Made by a program: the position numbers and the translations under genes
Notes under the pieces: generated by a model
Seen by the model: only the letters and a program-made list of their open reading frames with translations
What the model was told of the DNA's origin: nothing
Database searches by the model: none
Part shown: positions 13,220-26,200 of the stretch, one piece after another
How the letters are laid out: the number at the start of each line of letters is the position of its first letter
Numbering within the stretch: the stretch's first letter is position 1
Assembly: GCA_000320545.1 (NCBI GenBank)
Contig: ADNK01001015.1
Span: 1 to 64,000 of the forward strand
Length of the DNA stretch: 64,000 bases
Direction of reading: 5' to 3'
DNA from: Bigelowiella natans CCMP2755
Taxonomy: Eukaryota > Protista > Cercozoa

Positions 13220-15459
13220 ATGGCGCAAGAACAGGACGAATTCCCCATCCTCTGTGAGACATGCCTCGGGGAGAATCCATTCGTAAGAATGGTACGTTCT
13301 TTTTCAAAATTAGATTAGCATTTTACCTCTGTTTAGCTTTGAACATCTCGTTGAATCAAATTCTTCACAATCTTTATTTAAAGGCAAAAATTCCTTGGGG
13401 ACAAGCGTGTAAAATATGCGAAAAGCCCTTTACCTGCTACCGTTGGAAGTAAAACAAATCCTACATGTTGAATTTTGGTAAATACTCACCTGTTTCATTA
13501 TGAGCAGGCCTGGTGGAAGAGCGCGTTACAAGAAAACCCAGCTGTGCCGCTCCTGTGCAAAAACCAAGAATGTCTGCCAGACATGTGTGTTGGACCTTCA
13601 ATACGGTAAGTCGATTATAATTAACATCCAATTTTCTACCCGTCCTATATTAACGGTATTATTTTCATGAAGGGCTTCCTGTACAAGTACGTGACACTGC
13701 TCTGGAGCAGCATGAACGGGAAGGGGTAAGAGATAATTCACAACAACAATTCTTTCGTCCCTCGATGTTGAAGCATATATTAATGTATCTATAATTTTTC
13801 AGATGCCAGTGACACAAGTGAACCGTGAATACCTTCAAGAAGTCGCCGAGCACTCTCTTGATGCAGAGGACGCTTCACAATCGTAAGTTTATTCACATAA
13901 AGAAAAAATCCTTGTCCCTATACGATTCTCTAGGTAGACTTAAACATCTATGGCTAAAATAATTCTGATCTCCGTGTGCGTTATGTGGGAACCTTAGGTA
14001 TCACAAATTCACAAGGGCAAGCTTGCTACTTCAGCGACTTCAGCGCCGCGCGCCTTATTACAAACGCAACGCCCCACACATTTGCTCGTTCTTCGTCAAG
14101 GGTACATGTAACCGTGGGAAATCCTGTCCATTTAGGTCTGTACTACTTTTGATCAATCTAGCGATGATGGGCTACGAACAATTGTCCATAAAGTTCAGTA
14201 TGCGCGCAAAGCATCCATGGATATGAGGCTAACCATATTCGGTTGATATACAGACATGAGATGCCAAAGACGGGGGAACTTGCAAACCAGAATATCAAGG
14301 ACCGATACTATGGACAAAATGACCCTGTCGCAAAGAAAATGATGCGACTCGCCAAAGAGAGGACCACGCCACTGGTAGTGCGATAAACAACCCCATTATA
14401 AACATTTTCTCATCCCTTGCGTTCTGAATGGGGATATCGTCGTCAGTAGATAGAGTAACATATTGATTATTTTGCCGTTGTTGAATAATTCTTTAGGTTC
14501 CTCCTCCAGACAAAACGATTCGCACACTTTGGGTTGGGGGGCTAGATTCGAAAACCAGTGAAATGGACGTCAGGTGTGTAGTCGTGTCGATGTATTGGTA
14601 TACATGCAATTTCCAGAGTGTACAGGGGCTTAAAATGAACATGAAGAGGGCGAATCCCTGGAACACAAATAAAAAACATGTTAAATTTGATTCGATGTTT
14701 ACTCAATCAATATTAGGCAAAAGTTTATGTCTTTCGGTGAACTGGCCTCTGTGAGAGTTATCGGAGCCAAGAACTGTGCTTTTGTTACATTTTCCACGCG
14801 AAGTTCAGCAGAGTCAGCCGCCACAAAGTTGCAGACGGTACTACGCATTAGTAGTTTCTAACGAAAATATCATCGTTATGCATAATTTAAAAGAAATAGA
14901 AGATGCCGAAAATCATGAACGAGTAATGTCGAATCAACAATGTTGGTTACACAACCGTTTGCACTCGACGATGTTACATTCTAGATCATCATGGTGGACA
15001 AAATTAGGATAATTGCTAAATGAAAATCTTGTAGCTCTGAATCGGAATACATATTCTTCATCTTTATGTACAACATCGTTTTTTAGGGTCTATCGATCAA
15101 TGGCAGCCGCTGCAAATTGGCGTGGGGGAAGAAACAGGGCAAAAGAAAACGTGAAGGTCAGCTACTTTCATATTTCTTTAGTCTCTTTCATTGTAGGGTT
15201 GCAAATTTTCCTTCCTCGATGCGTGCTACATTGTAATACAAGTGTTCCCCATGACTTCCTTCATATTTGATTAGAAAGCAAATCGTCCAAGGGACCTCCA
15301 GGTATGGGGGCAATGCCTCCGGGAATGGGCCCTTCGCCCGCCGCTGTTCCTCCTCCTCCAGGGATGGGAGCTTCCGGCAAGAAAACAAAAACATACTACC
15401 CTTCTATGGATCCAAGTAATATGGGAGCTCGCTTCGACACAACTCATCAAGAGCGCTAG
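13220..15459 (+). CDS. RBM22: Pre-mRNA splicing factor RBM22 (Slt11/Ecm2/Cwc2 family), 11 exons
   Basis: [17 protein letters not shown] / [13 protein letters not shown] / [33 protein letters not shown] / [30 protein letters not shown] (CCCH finger) / QNIKDRYYG / RRM TLWVGGL...CAFVTF / YYPSMDP tail. All introns GT-AG. Confidence 0.97.
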
Positions 15460-15759
15460 ACTTGTTAAACACGTGGCAAGAGGAATAAGAAATTAAAAAA
15501 TTAAAAATTCGTTCAACTTATTAAAACTTACTTTCTGTCGTAATTGATAATCGCATTCACATATTCGTGACAGCTCGATGTAGCTAGATGATTCTATTCT
15601 GTGTAATCTCTCTGCTAGTGTTCCCTCATTAACCTCCAACGCATATGTTGCGGCACATGTACCACTCCTGCAATCCGATTCTGCCTTTTGGAGCAGTGAT
15701 GAAGTTATAAAATAAATATAATCTATCATCATTATTCTTGCATTTCTGATGCAATTCTC

Positions 15760-16130
15760 ATCGAATGCCTAGACATGCTATAAATAGTGCATACCATTTA
15801 TGGAATAATTTTCTAATTTCACATGCTTATTAGCTTGCATTGCTGCATGCATTGTTGGCATGCAGCTGTCGATCGTCTGATCGATGGCACACGCTATAAC
15901 TAGATAATGCTCTGACTCTTGACGCTATCTAACATATGCGCCAAATTAAATAATGCACATGCGATGTCGCCGCATCTAGTCACATGTATGTAGCATGCCT
16001 TGAGCTCGTACGTATTACTTTGCGTTGCCTGTTGTGCAAGAATCATCATAGCAGCAACCAGCACATATTAACAGACGCAGCTAGGCAGTCACATGGCAGC
16101 TCGACTGTGATGAGCTTGCCTAAGTTGTTC
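15760..16130. repeat. CTAG/CATG/TGCA-rich intergenic island 2 (convergent gap)
   Basis: gcatgc, tgca, ctag, agct words between the RBM22 and TrhO 3' ends. Confidence 0.6.
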
Positions 16131-16142
16131 TGACACACATTG

Positions 16143-17035
16143 CTATGACTTATTTGCTTTTATTTCTTCGGGTGAGTTGATCTCCACTTTGGAACGTTTA
16201 CTTGGATTCTGATTCCCCTCCTTCGCAGCACACATACTTGCATTTCCCTTTGAGGTGGGACCGCTAACATGTGATGTAGGAGCATTGTCTCTTTTCTTTT
16301 TCTACAGCAAACAGCAGAGTCAGTTATAATAATCTGAAACTCTAAACCATGCTCTTCAAATAAATGTACGTGCAATTTAAGTAGGACGACGGTTGACGAC
16401 AATTCATGTTTACGGAGAAACAGATCATTTGTCTACGACAAGGATTTGGCCGTGCAGTTTCGTGCTGCAGTGCCATACAACCACGTGTGATAGACATCTC
16501 TATTATCACGGAAAGAAAAGTGCTCTTTTGGGAAAAGCAAGATTTCCCAAAAGTTGGTGAGGACCTTATTTGTCTGATGCTGCGGTAGCTGCAGCTTTTG
16601 GCGAGCCCGTTGTCGAAATCTGCTTTTCTGATTCTCGGTCGTTTCATCATAACACCTTGCACAGCTGACACCTTCCTGCAATAGCAACCAGGATATTGCA
16701 AGAAAATTTAAAGGATTATAGCTATCTGTGGTGCCATTGCCATACCCTCAAATCGTCGTTGAGGGAGCTAGAAAAAGACGCGTATTCAACTGCTACTACT
16801 ATTACTACCAATAGCAGCAAGATCAATCAATTGACGGATAAATCAAAGCCACAACTTCCACTGCCACTACTGCTACTACAAACTACTACCTCAAATTTCG
16901 AATGCTTCTTGTCGCGGTCTCTGAGAAAGCCAGAGGGAGAGAAGGGGACAATACAGTTGATGTTTGAGAGCAAAACTTGTTACGACATTTTAGCAACATC
17001 ACCATCATTTTACTAAGTAGCGGTGTGAGGGTACT

Positions 17036-17067
<32 letters not shown>

Positions 17068-17725
17068 CCTCATCAAATGTCAATTATAAGATGGTTATTA
17101 CGCTAATGGTCTTCCGCACGCCATGCACGACTCATAAGAACCCACTTGCAGTTTATGATCGACAGCGACCTACATCAGCGTGGAATGAATCATCGTATTA
17201 TCATCTGCTACTATCTTTTCAGCCAGTATTTCACCAATTCAGGGATCATAAAAGAGAGAGCTCATTCATCGTTCTATGATTAGAAAGACTACTCGCTTGT
17301 CAAATACAAAGCACTCGCCAGTCCAAGTGCTTTTCTCTTCAGGGACATTCTGTGCAGCAGCAGCACGAGAGAAGAGGATAATGGGTAAGTGTTTCAGTTA
17401 TTTTGGAAATCAAAATTAAGATGATTCAAAACTCATCAAGCATCTAGGCTTAAAGGCAATATGAAAGATTCATTTAATGTGGATCTCTCTCCCTCTCTTT
17501 TATCACCTTCTATTTGTCTATATTGCTGCTAACTATCTTCATAGCAGAAGCCAGGATGCATATAACAAGCATGAAAAACACCTTCAGGTAGTTGAGGATC
17601 CCTCCTTTTAAGTGGTAAACGTTTTCGAACCCTTTTTCGAGCAGCAGTGAGCTGGCCTTCTCGCACCTTATTCCCCCTATTATTCGTTGATGCAGGAGAG
17701 TAGACAAGGCCATCTGATTCTTTGA

Positions 17726-17764
<39 letters not shown>

Positions 17765-18527
17765 GCATTGTCCACCTAATGCTACTGTTGGCAGCATCAT
17801 CTACAAGCATCAGAAGAGGAAGAAAAGCCGGTCGCTGTTCCTCCTCCTCCTACACATCCTAGTGCTACTTCGTAACAGGTGCTGCCACAATCATCCTAAG
17901 AACTACTGTACTGTCATCTCATGTACCGGTGCAAAACATCGCTACACTTTTATGCTTGGAGGCGTCCAAATTTGCTTCCACCCATCTGTATTTAGCAATT
18001 GTAGTAGAAGTAGCAGCAGCAAGCAGTGGTGGTGGTGGTGGTAGTAGTAGCAGTGGAAGAAGAAGAAGAAGAAGAAGAAGAAGAAGAAGAAGAAGAAGAA
18101 GAAGAAGAAAAAGAAAAGTAGAATTAAAAAGAGAGCAACAACATTCGCAAAACTTCAAAATGATCGAGAGGAGGCGAATAGACGTGGAAAAGAGGGGTCG
18201 GTGACTACGTTTGCTCGTTTGTTTAGAAGAAAGAAGAATCGCTGTCCAACCATACCAACGCACAACAACTAAGTAATCAGTGGTGGTGATCGGTATAAAT
18301 ACCTTGGAAACTCCCGAAATGACTTCGTTTTTGGGTCGATTGCTCCCTTAAAGGATCCTATGTCTATCTCATAGTCGTTTCGAGCATCTACCAGCGTCAC
18401 GTCGGATCTCGTTATTAGCTCGTTCCAATTCTAACCGATAACAATCCTCTGAACATGCTGGCAGTGATATGTGTGCGTGGTACTCTACTACAACAGGCGC
18501 ATGAACATTATATCCGCCGCTGTAGTG

Positions 18528-18558
<31 letters not shown>

Positions 18559-19345
18559 GCTGTGGTTGTTCTTTGCTGCTGCAACTGCACTGTTAACCCT
18601 GGGTTCCACGTAAGTCCCGACTCGTTTATTGGGATCGATTCCAGGTAGCCCCATCGTTACTGCACAGCAGTATTATCAGATGGAGAACAACATGATCGTC
18701 AACAACAACAACAACAGCAATCACCGACCGTGCTCAAAACGAAGCTTTCGAATTAGAGGGTTATGATAAAAAATAAAGCTAGTGGTGCGTGCAGTTTCAA
18801 GGATGTCGCTTTTAACACATTTTCCTCATCAAAGCAGAATATTCTTTTGAGCACTTTTCAATAGGTGGCCGACTACTTCTTCGAATCAACTAACCAATCT
18901 CTTTCTTCAATCTTACGCGCATTCGCATAAATGCGCCGTCTGGCCTATCATCAGGATTCATGAGAGATTCTTTGTATGAAAGGCCGTCGCCAACCCCCTG
19001 TAGCAGGTAGTAGCCAGTCGCATCAGTCGGAGAGCATATATTCAGCAGCAACAGCATTGTTCATCACGCTTATGAAAGATTATTCTCATGGAATGGAAAC
19101 AGGCTCTGGCAGATTGGTAAAGTGGACACTGACACCTCCTACTACTACTACTGCTACTACTACCTCTAGTGCTCTTATTCTTGTCACAACTTTATCAACC
19201 CCACGCCTCGGTCCAGCAATAGTTCCGTTTATTCCTTCTGCGGCCTGTGGTATATACATACTTGCACCAGTAAACCACGTGCGCCTTCCCTGCATGTGTT
19301 CGGCGTTGTGTATCTAAATCGCGTTTCTTCTTCTCCTTATTATCA

Positions 19346-19379
<34 letters not shown>

Positions 19380-19522
19380 ATTATTATTTTGTTATTATTA
19401 TAGTTTTAGTTATGATTCATTGTGATTATAACCAGGAGTAAGCTCCCTTTAACTCCATTCTTGTCACAGAGCTTTTGGATTTCTTCTTTGAACCCCTTAT
19501 ACTCTGGTCAATGGTGCAATGG

Positions 19523-19571
<49 letters not shown>

Positions 19572-19802
19572 ACTGATGATACTGATGATAATGGGAGGTC
19601 CTTTATTGCAGCAAAACTTGTTTCACACCTTCGAACGCGAAGAACTTGTACAAGGCAGCAACAACGATGACCGACACTTCAGGAATTTCGGGATCCTGAG
19701 CTGCTGGACGGGGGGTTACGTGGCAATATTGAGATCGACTGAGAAAACAAGAAGTAGTTCGTTTGACGTGCACAAATCAACACTGATACCTTCGTCGGCC
19801 AT
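16143..19802 (-). CDS. trhO: TrhO/YceA (UPF0176) rhodanese-domain tRNA uridine(34) hydroxylase-like protein, 14 exons
   Basis: VVAALYKF / [19 protein letters not shown] / YKES / [30 protein letters not shown] / [28 protein letters not shown] / [15 protein letters not shown] / [12 protein letters not shown] / [14 protein letters not shown] / CMACGRP / GVSCARCYD. Splice phases are consistent throughout. Confidence 0.95.
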
Positions 19803-19959
19803 AGCAATCACGGTGTATGGAGAACAAGAAGCTCGTGGGGGGAAGGATCGAATGCGACGTGAAATTTCTTCTAATACCTCCGATCGCTATTTATCAATCT
19901 GCGACAAGGTACAAATGTTGTCGCGAAGAATAAATCAGAAGGTGTCAAGTTGTCTCACA

Positions 19960-21480
19960 GCCAGAATCGTGTGCAGAATTGTGGCTAGAGCCAGCATTCA
20001 CCAGTTTGAGCATGCTAGCTGCGAGCTGACTAGCACAGCTCTCTAGCTCTCTCTAGAGCCACAGAGTCAACGCTACTGCTGCTGCCAAATGATGATGACT
20101 ATTGCTACTAGACTAAAGAAGCGCGCTGCTACGCTCCACAGCCCTGCTGCCTGGCTAGCTGGTGGTGATCGACGTGCGCACGTCTGCATGCACGCAGACG
20201 TGCTGGCCTGGTGGCGTGTGACCAGCCAGCTAGCTAGGCATGTCAGATGTCGAGACGTGTGCTGGCTAGTGTGCAGCACTAGAGCGGGACCTCAACACAC
20301 GTGACTGCTCTAGTGCTCTGCTAGTCTAGCTAGCTAGCACTGCTAGACTGACGGTCGCCGCCATTCTGGCATTGCAGATCTGACTAGCTGAGCCAGCTAG
20401 CTAGCTAGCCAGTGAGCACAGAGCATGCTGGTTGACTGCCAGTGCCAGCATGCTCAATGCTGGCTGGCGTGCTGACGTGCTGCGTGCAAGTGCAATGCAG
20501 ATCACATCCACATGCTGGCATGTGAGACGGATGCAATGAAGTGATGAAATCTTTTCAATGGTCATCCTGATGTAGCCATGCCAGCATGCAGCGCTAGAGC
20601 GTGCTATGGCTAGCTAGCTAGCTAGCAAGCTAGCATGCCAGCATGCAAAGCTAGAAAGCTAGAAGCGGAACGGCTACAGTGCTTGCTAGCTTGTTTTGTG
20701 CCACATCCCAGCTAGACAATCTAGCTAGTTGGATGGAGCTAGCTTGACGCACGCACAGTTGAACCGGACTAGCAAATCTAGCATGGAGATCGCTAGATCG
20801 GACGTGCTAGCGTGCTAGAGTGCTGCGCTAAACCCCATGCTAATGTTTTTTCTTTTTCAGAATTTGTAATGCTAGAAGGCACTGGCTAGCTAGCTAGCTA
20901 CTCCAGTGCTGCAATTTAGTGAAATTGGCGGAACGCAACATGATGATTAGATGCCTCTACTAGCTCTAGCTGCTAGCTAGCTAGCTAGCGCTGTCTGTGC
21001 AGTCTAGCAGTACTAGCTACTAGCTAGCATGGAGTAGCTCTTTGATCATGCAAGCTAGCTAGCTAGCTAGCTAAGCTAAGCTAGCTAAGAGGGCTAGAGG
21101 GGCACCAACCTAGCTAGCTAGCTCACTAGCTAGCTAGCTAGCTCGGACTACGCATGCCTGCTAGCCTGCTGGCTAGCTAGCTAGATCTAGAGATGCATGA
21201 GCTGGTTGCATTGAATTGGATTAGCTAGCTAGCTAGCAAATGCTTCCCAGTCCGCTCCGCTCTACTAGCTAGCTAGCGCTGGTGCACACAACATGCTAGC
21301 ATGCTCCACTTTCTAGCTTTACGATACCTGCCCGGTCGTGCTAGCGTGAGAGGAGTGACCAGCAACATCACAATGTACGTCTGATGCTCACATCTCTAGA
21401 TCTAGACATCCAGCTAGCTTGGCATACTTGCATGTCCATGTGCAGACATCAAGATGTGTGCAACTTATCGCTCTAGCACT
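19960..21480. repeat. Largest GCTAGC/AGCT/GCATGC island (island 3), with (GCTA)n tracts; probable decayed repeat or gene
   Basis: Numerous gctagctagc runs (e.g. 20608-20633, 21053-21088, 21110-21143) mixed with gctggc/gccagc; no recognisable coding signal. Confidence 0.8.
20521..20580 (-). repeat. ~65-bp dispersed element, copy C
   Basis: Reverse complement reads catggctacatcaggatgaccattgaaaagatttcatcacttcattgcatccgtctcaca, matching the copies at ~31072 and ~52623. Confidence 0.85.
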
Positions 21481-21703
21481 CGTCGATTTTTTGTTTTATC
21501 ATTCTTTTTTAATTTTTTTAATTTACAAGGATCGAAAAACGATTATTTCCCCAGACGATGCTGCGCATCACTAATTTACATGCATGATTAGCTCTGTCTA
21601 CTATCCAGTAGTGTTTCGTACATGACCGGCTTCTATGCCATTCACTTCTTCTCGTTCAGCTCTCATTATCAGTCGTGGTATTTGTGTACAATATATTTGA
21701 TCT

Positions 21704-22252
21704 CTACTTTTTCGTTGCTGCAAATTCCATCCTTTTGTCGTTCTCTAGCGCTTCAACGAGGATCTTAAAAAGCACCACATGATAATATTGATTAGTATTA
21801 GCAACGAGAACCAATAAAAACGATAAAGAGAGAAGGGGAAAACTAATACACCTTTGTTGCAGCAGCACATTTCTTGAGAACTGCATACTTTTGCTTTGCA
21901 TTTTTCGTGCGACTCGTTTCTGCAAACTTCCTTGTGGTTGCTAGTTTTCTCTGTAACAATAGATGACACATAAACATACACATACACACCATTAGGTAGA
22001 TACATAATATAATAGTCTTCCTATCTGCATTGCAGAAAAGTATAAAACTTTCATTTGTCCATGTTTACCTTCACTAATTGATATATTTGCTTGATGCGCT
22101 GAACCTAAAGATATAGAAAGGAAACGAATAGGGAGGGGAGGATTCTAGTAAACCTTCTGCTAATCGTCAAGTAATCATTACTACATGTGTAGAATTTACC
22201 ACACTTTTCCTAAAATAATGTTTTCGCTACGGGAAAAATCTAGCGGGTTCAT

Positions 22253-22306
<54 letters not shown>

Positions 22307-23197
22307 TGAGGGGTGTGTGAGTTGTGTGTTGTGTACAAATTTGACCTGCTCTGGAGTCGAATTAATTTTCGATGCAAAGTTCGGACAACTTCGAACACCA
22401 TTGTAGAGAAGGCTTACGACAGCTCTAAATATCACTGGAAAGTCTCGATATCCCTAAAATTAAGCAGTACTACTGTCATAATCACTGCTTAATAACATTT
22501 ATGGTCAATTACGAAATAAATCTTTCTAATATCACCTGCATGATGTGAACGAGAACGTGAGAGCACAGAGGATGACTGTAGACATTTGGTGCAGTTCTCC
22601 AACATTTTGAGAGATTTCGAAGAATTTCTAGCCCATGCTAACAGTTAGATTTTATAATGCAATACAATTAACCATTAGACACATATCCCATCATCAGACA
22701 TAGGAAGTATACGAAGTAGCTACTATAGCAATGATGCAACTGCCATTGAATAATCAGGGTAGAAATAGTTGAAAACTGTTGCCAGTGAGATTAGCTGAAA
22801 GAATTTTGTGCATAACCACAAGCACGCACATTCGATAGATAGATAGTTAGATACGTAGATAGCACCTGTATTATGAGGATATGAGGCTGGCTGCGATTGA
22901 GACCTTGCATCAAATTTAAAAGGGCCTCGACAGCATTTTGATCCACCTAATATTGACAATCATGATGGTATGGAGAAATGAATTCTATGAGATCGGTTCT
23001 ATCAATAATGGAAAGATCCTCAATCATCATAATAAAGGCTTCTACTTACAACTTACCGCCTCGACGCAAAATACGGGCAACAAACGAGTGACTCTTGCCA
23101 AGTCCTTACAAGCGCCACCGACCTAAAGCGAAAACAATTAATTTTTATCTGATTAATACTTTTTTTAAAATAACACTTTTGGTGAGAAAGTACACAT

Positions 23198-23236
<39 letters not shown>

Positions 23237-26200
23237 ATATGTGGATATGTGTGTGTGTTGTGTGTGTCTGTGTATAATATTTTGAAGTATTAAGTTTGGA
23301 CATTATTCATATAATCTGAGGGAGAATAAAAGAGGAGGTGAAATAAGATTGGGCAAGAAAGTGAATGCAAAGAGACTATAATTCTCAATTTTGTTTTTTG
23401 TATCTTAGATTATCATTTATATTAGATTGGTATGGCTAGTACAATAATGTCGAGTTGTTTCGCGAGAATAACATTTTTGTTCATGCCGTAAACGAACAAA
23501 ATTTAGAACCGTTGCAAGTCTCTTGCTGTCCAGGAGGATTTCGAGAGCAGATTTCATTCTTGCTCCAACAGAGTTCTAATTTTAGAATTGAGTTACATTA
23601 TGATAATACGCCAGTAATATTATGGTAAAGGAGAGAAAGAGAGAGAGGTGTAGTCGAACCGCAGCGGAAATGCAAGCACTAAAAAAGCACGGGGTAGTAT
23701 GAGTAACAAAACTTATAAGGTATGTCATACCTCTGGCCGGGAGTTCTTCTCCAATTTTGCAAGACGTGTGTTGATGGACTTGAGCTTCTTATTTTTCCTA
23801 GCAGCCTTTCGGGTTCTCTGTCCTCTCCACCACGATTGAATCTTGACTGCAGCATTTAGCTTAATCTTTTCAAGGGAGGCAATTCTCTCCCTGATCTTCT
23901 TTTGCAACGATCGTTTGGCCAAGACTGAACGACACCAGGATTGGATAGCTATTGCAGCAGCATTCTGTTGCTGCATCTGTAGAGCTGCAGCTTCTTTCTC
24001 GGCGCGCTTTTTCTTTTCAAGTTCTGCATGTAGAATGGTTGCGTACAACCGTCGACCTAGTATTCCACGATACCAGGATTGAATGCGAACTGCCGCCCTT
24101 TCGCGCTCTATTTTTCTCTGTTCTTCTGCCTTTGTCACCATTGCTGCAAAGATTCGCCTTCCCAATACACCGCGGTACCAGGCCTGGACTTGGATAGCTG
24201 CAGCGTATTCGCGTTCCTTTTTCTCTTGTAGTTTTTGAGCGAATGCACGCCTTCCTAAGCTTCCTCGATACCATGCCTGGATTTGAATTGCTGCAGCCCT
24301 CAATCTCTCCTTCTCTTCCTGTTGCCTCTTACTTTCAAGAAGTTTTGTGTATGTTCTTCTGGCCATAGCACCGCGATACCATGCTTGAATTCGACATGCA
24401 GATTCGAAAGCAACTCTCTTAGCTTCTTCCTCCTTTTGGACCATCTCTGCAAAATATCGACGCGCTGCAAGTCCTCGAGCCCATGCTTGGATACGAGTGG
24501 CCGCATTATTCTGAACCTTGATGCGTTCCTTCTTCTCCAATAATAGTTTCATGTACTTAGTTCTTGCAACAAATCTTCTGTAGCAACACTGGATTTGAAC
24601 TGCTGCTTTGATTTTCAATTTCTCAAGCTCAGCAGCTTCCTCTTGCATATTCTTGTATAGTTTTCGCGCCTGGAATCCGCGTACGTGAGCTTGTATGAAG
24701 ATAGCAGCCAACTCTCGCTCTTCTTCCTTAGCCTTGCGCTCGGCCTCTTCTCTTGCGAGTCTCTCAGCCTCTTCCTTAGCCTTGCGCTCGGCCTCTTCTC
24801 TTGCGAGTCTCTCAGCCTCTTCCTTAGCCTTGCGCTCGGCCTCTTCTCTTGCGAGTCTCTCAGCCTCTTCCTTAGCCTTGCGCTCGGCCTCTTCTCTTGC
24901 AAGTCTCTCAGCCTCTTCCTTAGCCTTGCGCTCGGCCTCTTCTCTTGCAAGTCTCTCAGCCTCTTCCTTAGCCTTGCGCTCGGCCTCTTCTCTTGCAAGT
25001 CTCTCAGCCTCTTCCTTAGCCTTGCGCTCGGCCTCTTCTCTTGCAAGTTGTATGAAGATAGCAGCCAACTCTCGCTCTTCTTCCTTAGCCTTGCGCTCGG
25101 CCTCTTCTCTTGCGAGTCTCTCAGCCTCTTCCTTAGCCTTGCGCTCGGCCTCTTCTCTTGCGAGTCTCTCAGCCTCTTCCTTAGCCTTGCGCTCGGCCTC
25201 TTCTCTTGCGAGTCTCTCAGCCTCTTCCTTAGCCTTGCGCTCGGCCTCTTCTCTTGCAAGTCTCTCAGCCTCTTCCTTAGCCTTGCGCTCGGCCTCTTCT
25301 CTTGCAAGTCTCTCAGCCTCTTCCTTAGCCTTGCGCTCGGCCTCTTCTCTTGCAAGTCTCTCAGCCTCTTCCTTAGCCTTGCGCTCGGCTTCTTCTCTTG
25401 CGAGTCTCTCAGCCTCTTCCTTAGCCTTGCGTTCCGCATCTTCTTTTTCTTTGAGCTCAGCAGCTTGACGTTTAGCCTCCTCTTCTTGCTGCTGCTTGAG
25501 TCGTCGTCTACGCTCTGCATCTTGCGCCAGGATCTCTGCTTGCTTTCGAGCCTCCCGCTCTGCAGAATCTGCAGCTCTTTTCTCACGTAGATGTCTCTTC
25601 TCTCTGAAGCGGCGTTGTAGCACCAATGCAGCTCGCACATGGCGGTGTGCATCCATCAGGTGAGGGAAAAGGAGAGATAGAGTGGTAATGACGGCCTTTT
25701 CATCCATTACATGCTGGGAGTCTGCAATTGTGGGACGAACAAGTCCTGCTACGCCACCCAAAGAGGACACGGCTCGATTGAAAGCTCGCCAGTTGTGCAT
25801 GCGATCCCTAGCATCTTCTTTGGCCTGTGTCTCTGTCAAATTGGCCCCGAAACTGTAAAACTGGACCCAGCCTTTGTCGCCGACTTCCTTACTTTCATCG
25901 CCGTTTTCTTCTTCCACATTTTCAAGTTGTTGAAGATGCTTAGCTTTGTTAGTGAATAGCCGGAATTTTTCAAGTGGGAGAATGCATGGGAAGTAGTAAT
26001 TGAGGATTACGCAGGCCGCCCTTCCATCTGCAAAAGAGTGAGTGAAATTGATAGCGCGGGGCCAAGAGTACGCTTGAATCTTTTCTTTGTCTGGATACTC
26101 TCGCTTCGCTGCTTTCACAACTGCTGCAGCCCACTCAAGAAGAAGCTGAAGTTGCTCTGGTGCTTTGAAATAAATTTCTTTTGCAGGAGATGGAGGATTG

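Noticed and set aside
19519-20304. + strand ORFs (175 aa, 71 aa) as the divergent partner of TrhO
   Set aside because: They overlap TrhO antisense or the mutated island, one begins in an SSR, and neither has a recognisable motif.
20536-20575. C/D box snoRNA-like GTGATGA...CTGA in element copy C
   Set aside because: The boxes are only about 20 nt apart and are not conserved in copies A and B.
24615-25652. Long alternative-frame and antisense ORFs (345, 301, 257 aa) over the ASPM repeat
   Set aside because: Shadow ORFs produced by a stop-free 48-bp tandem repeat.
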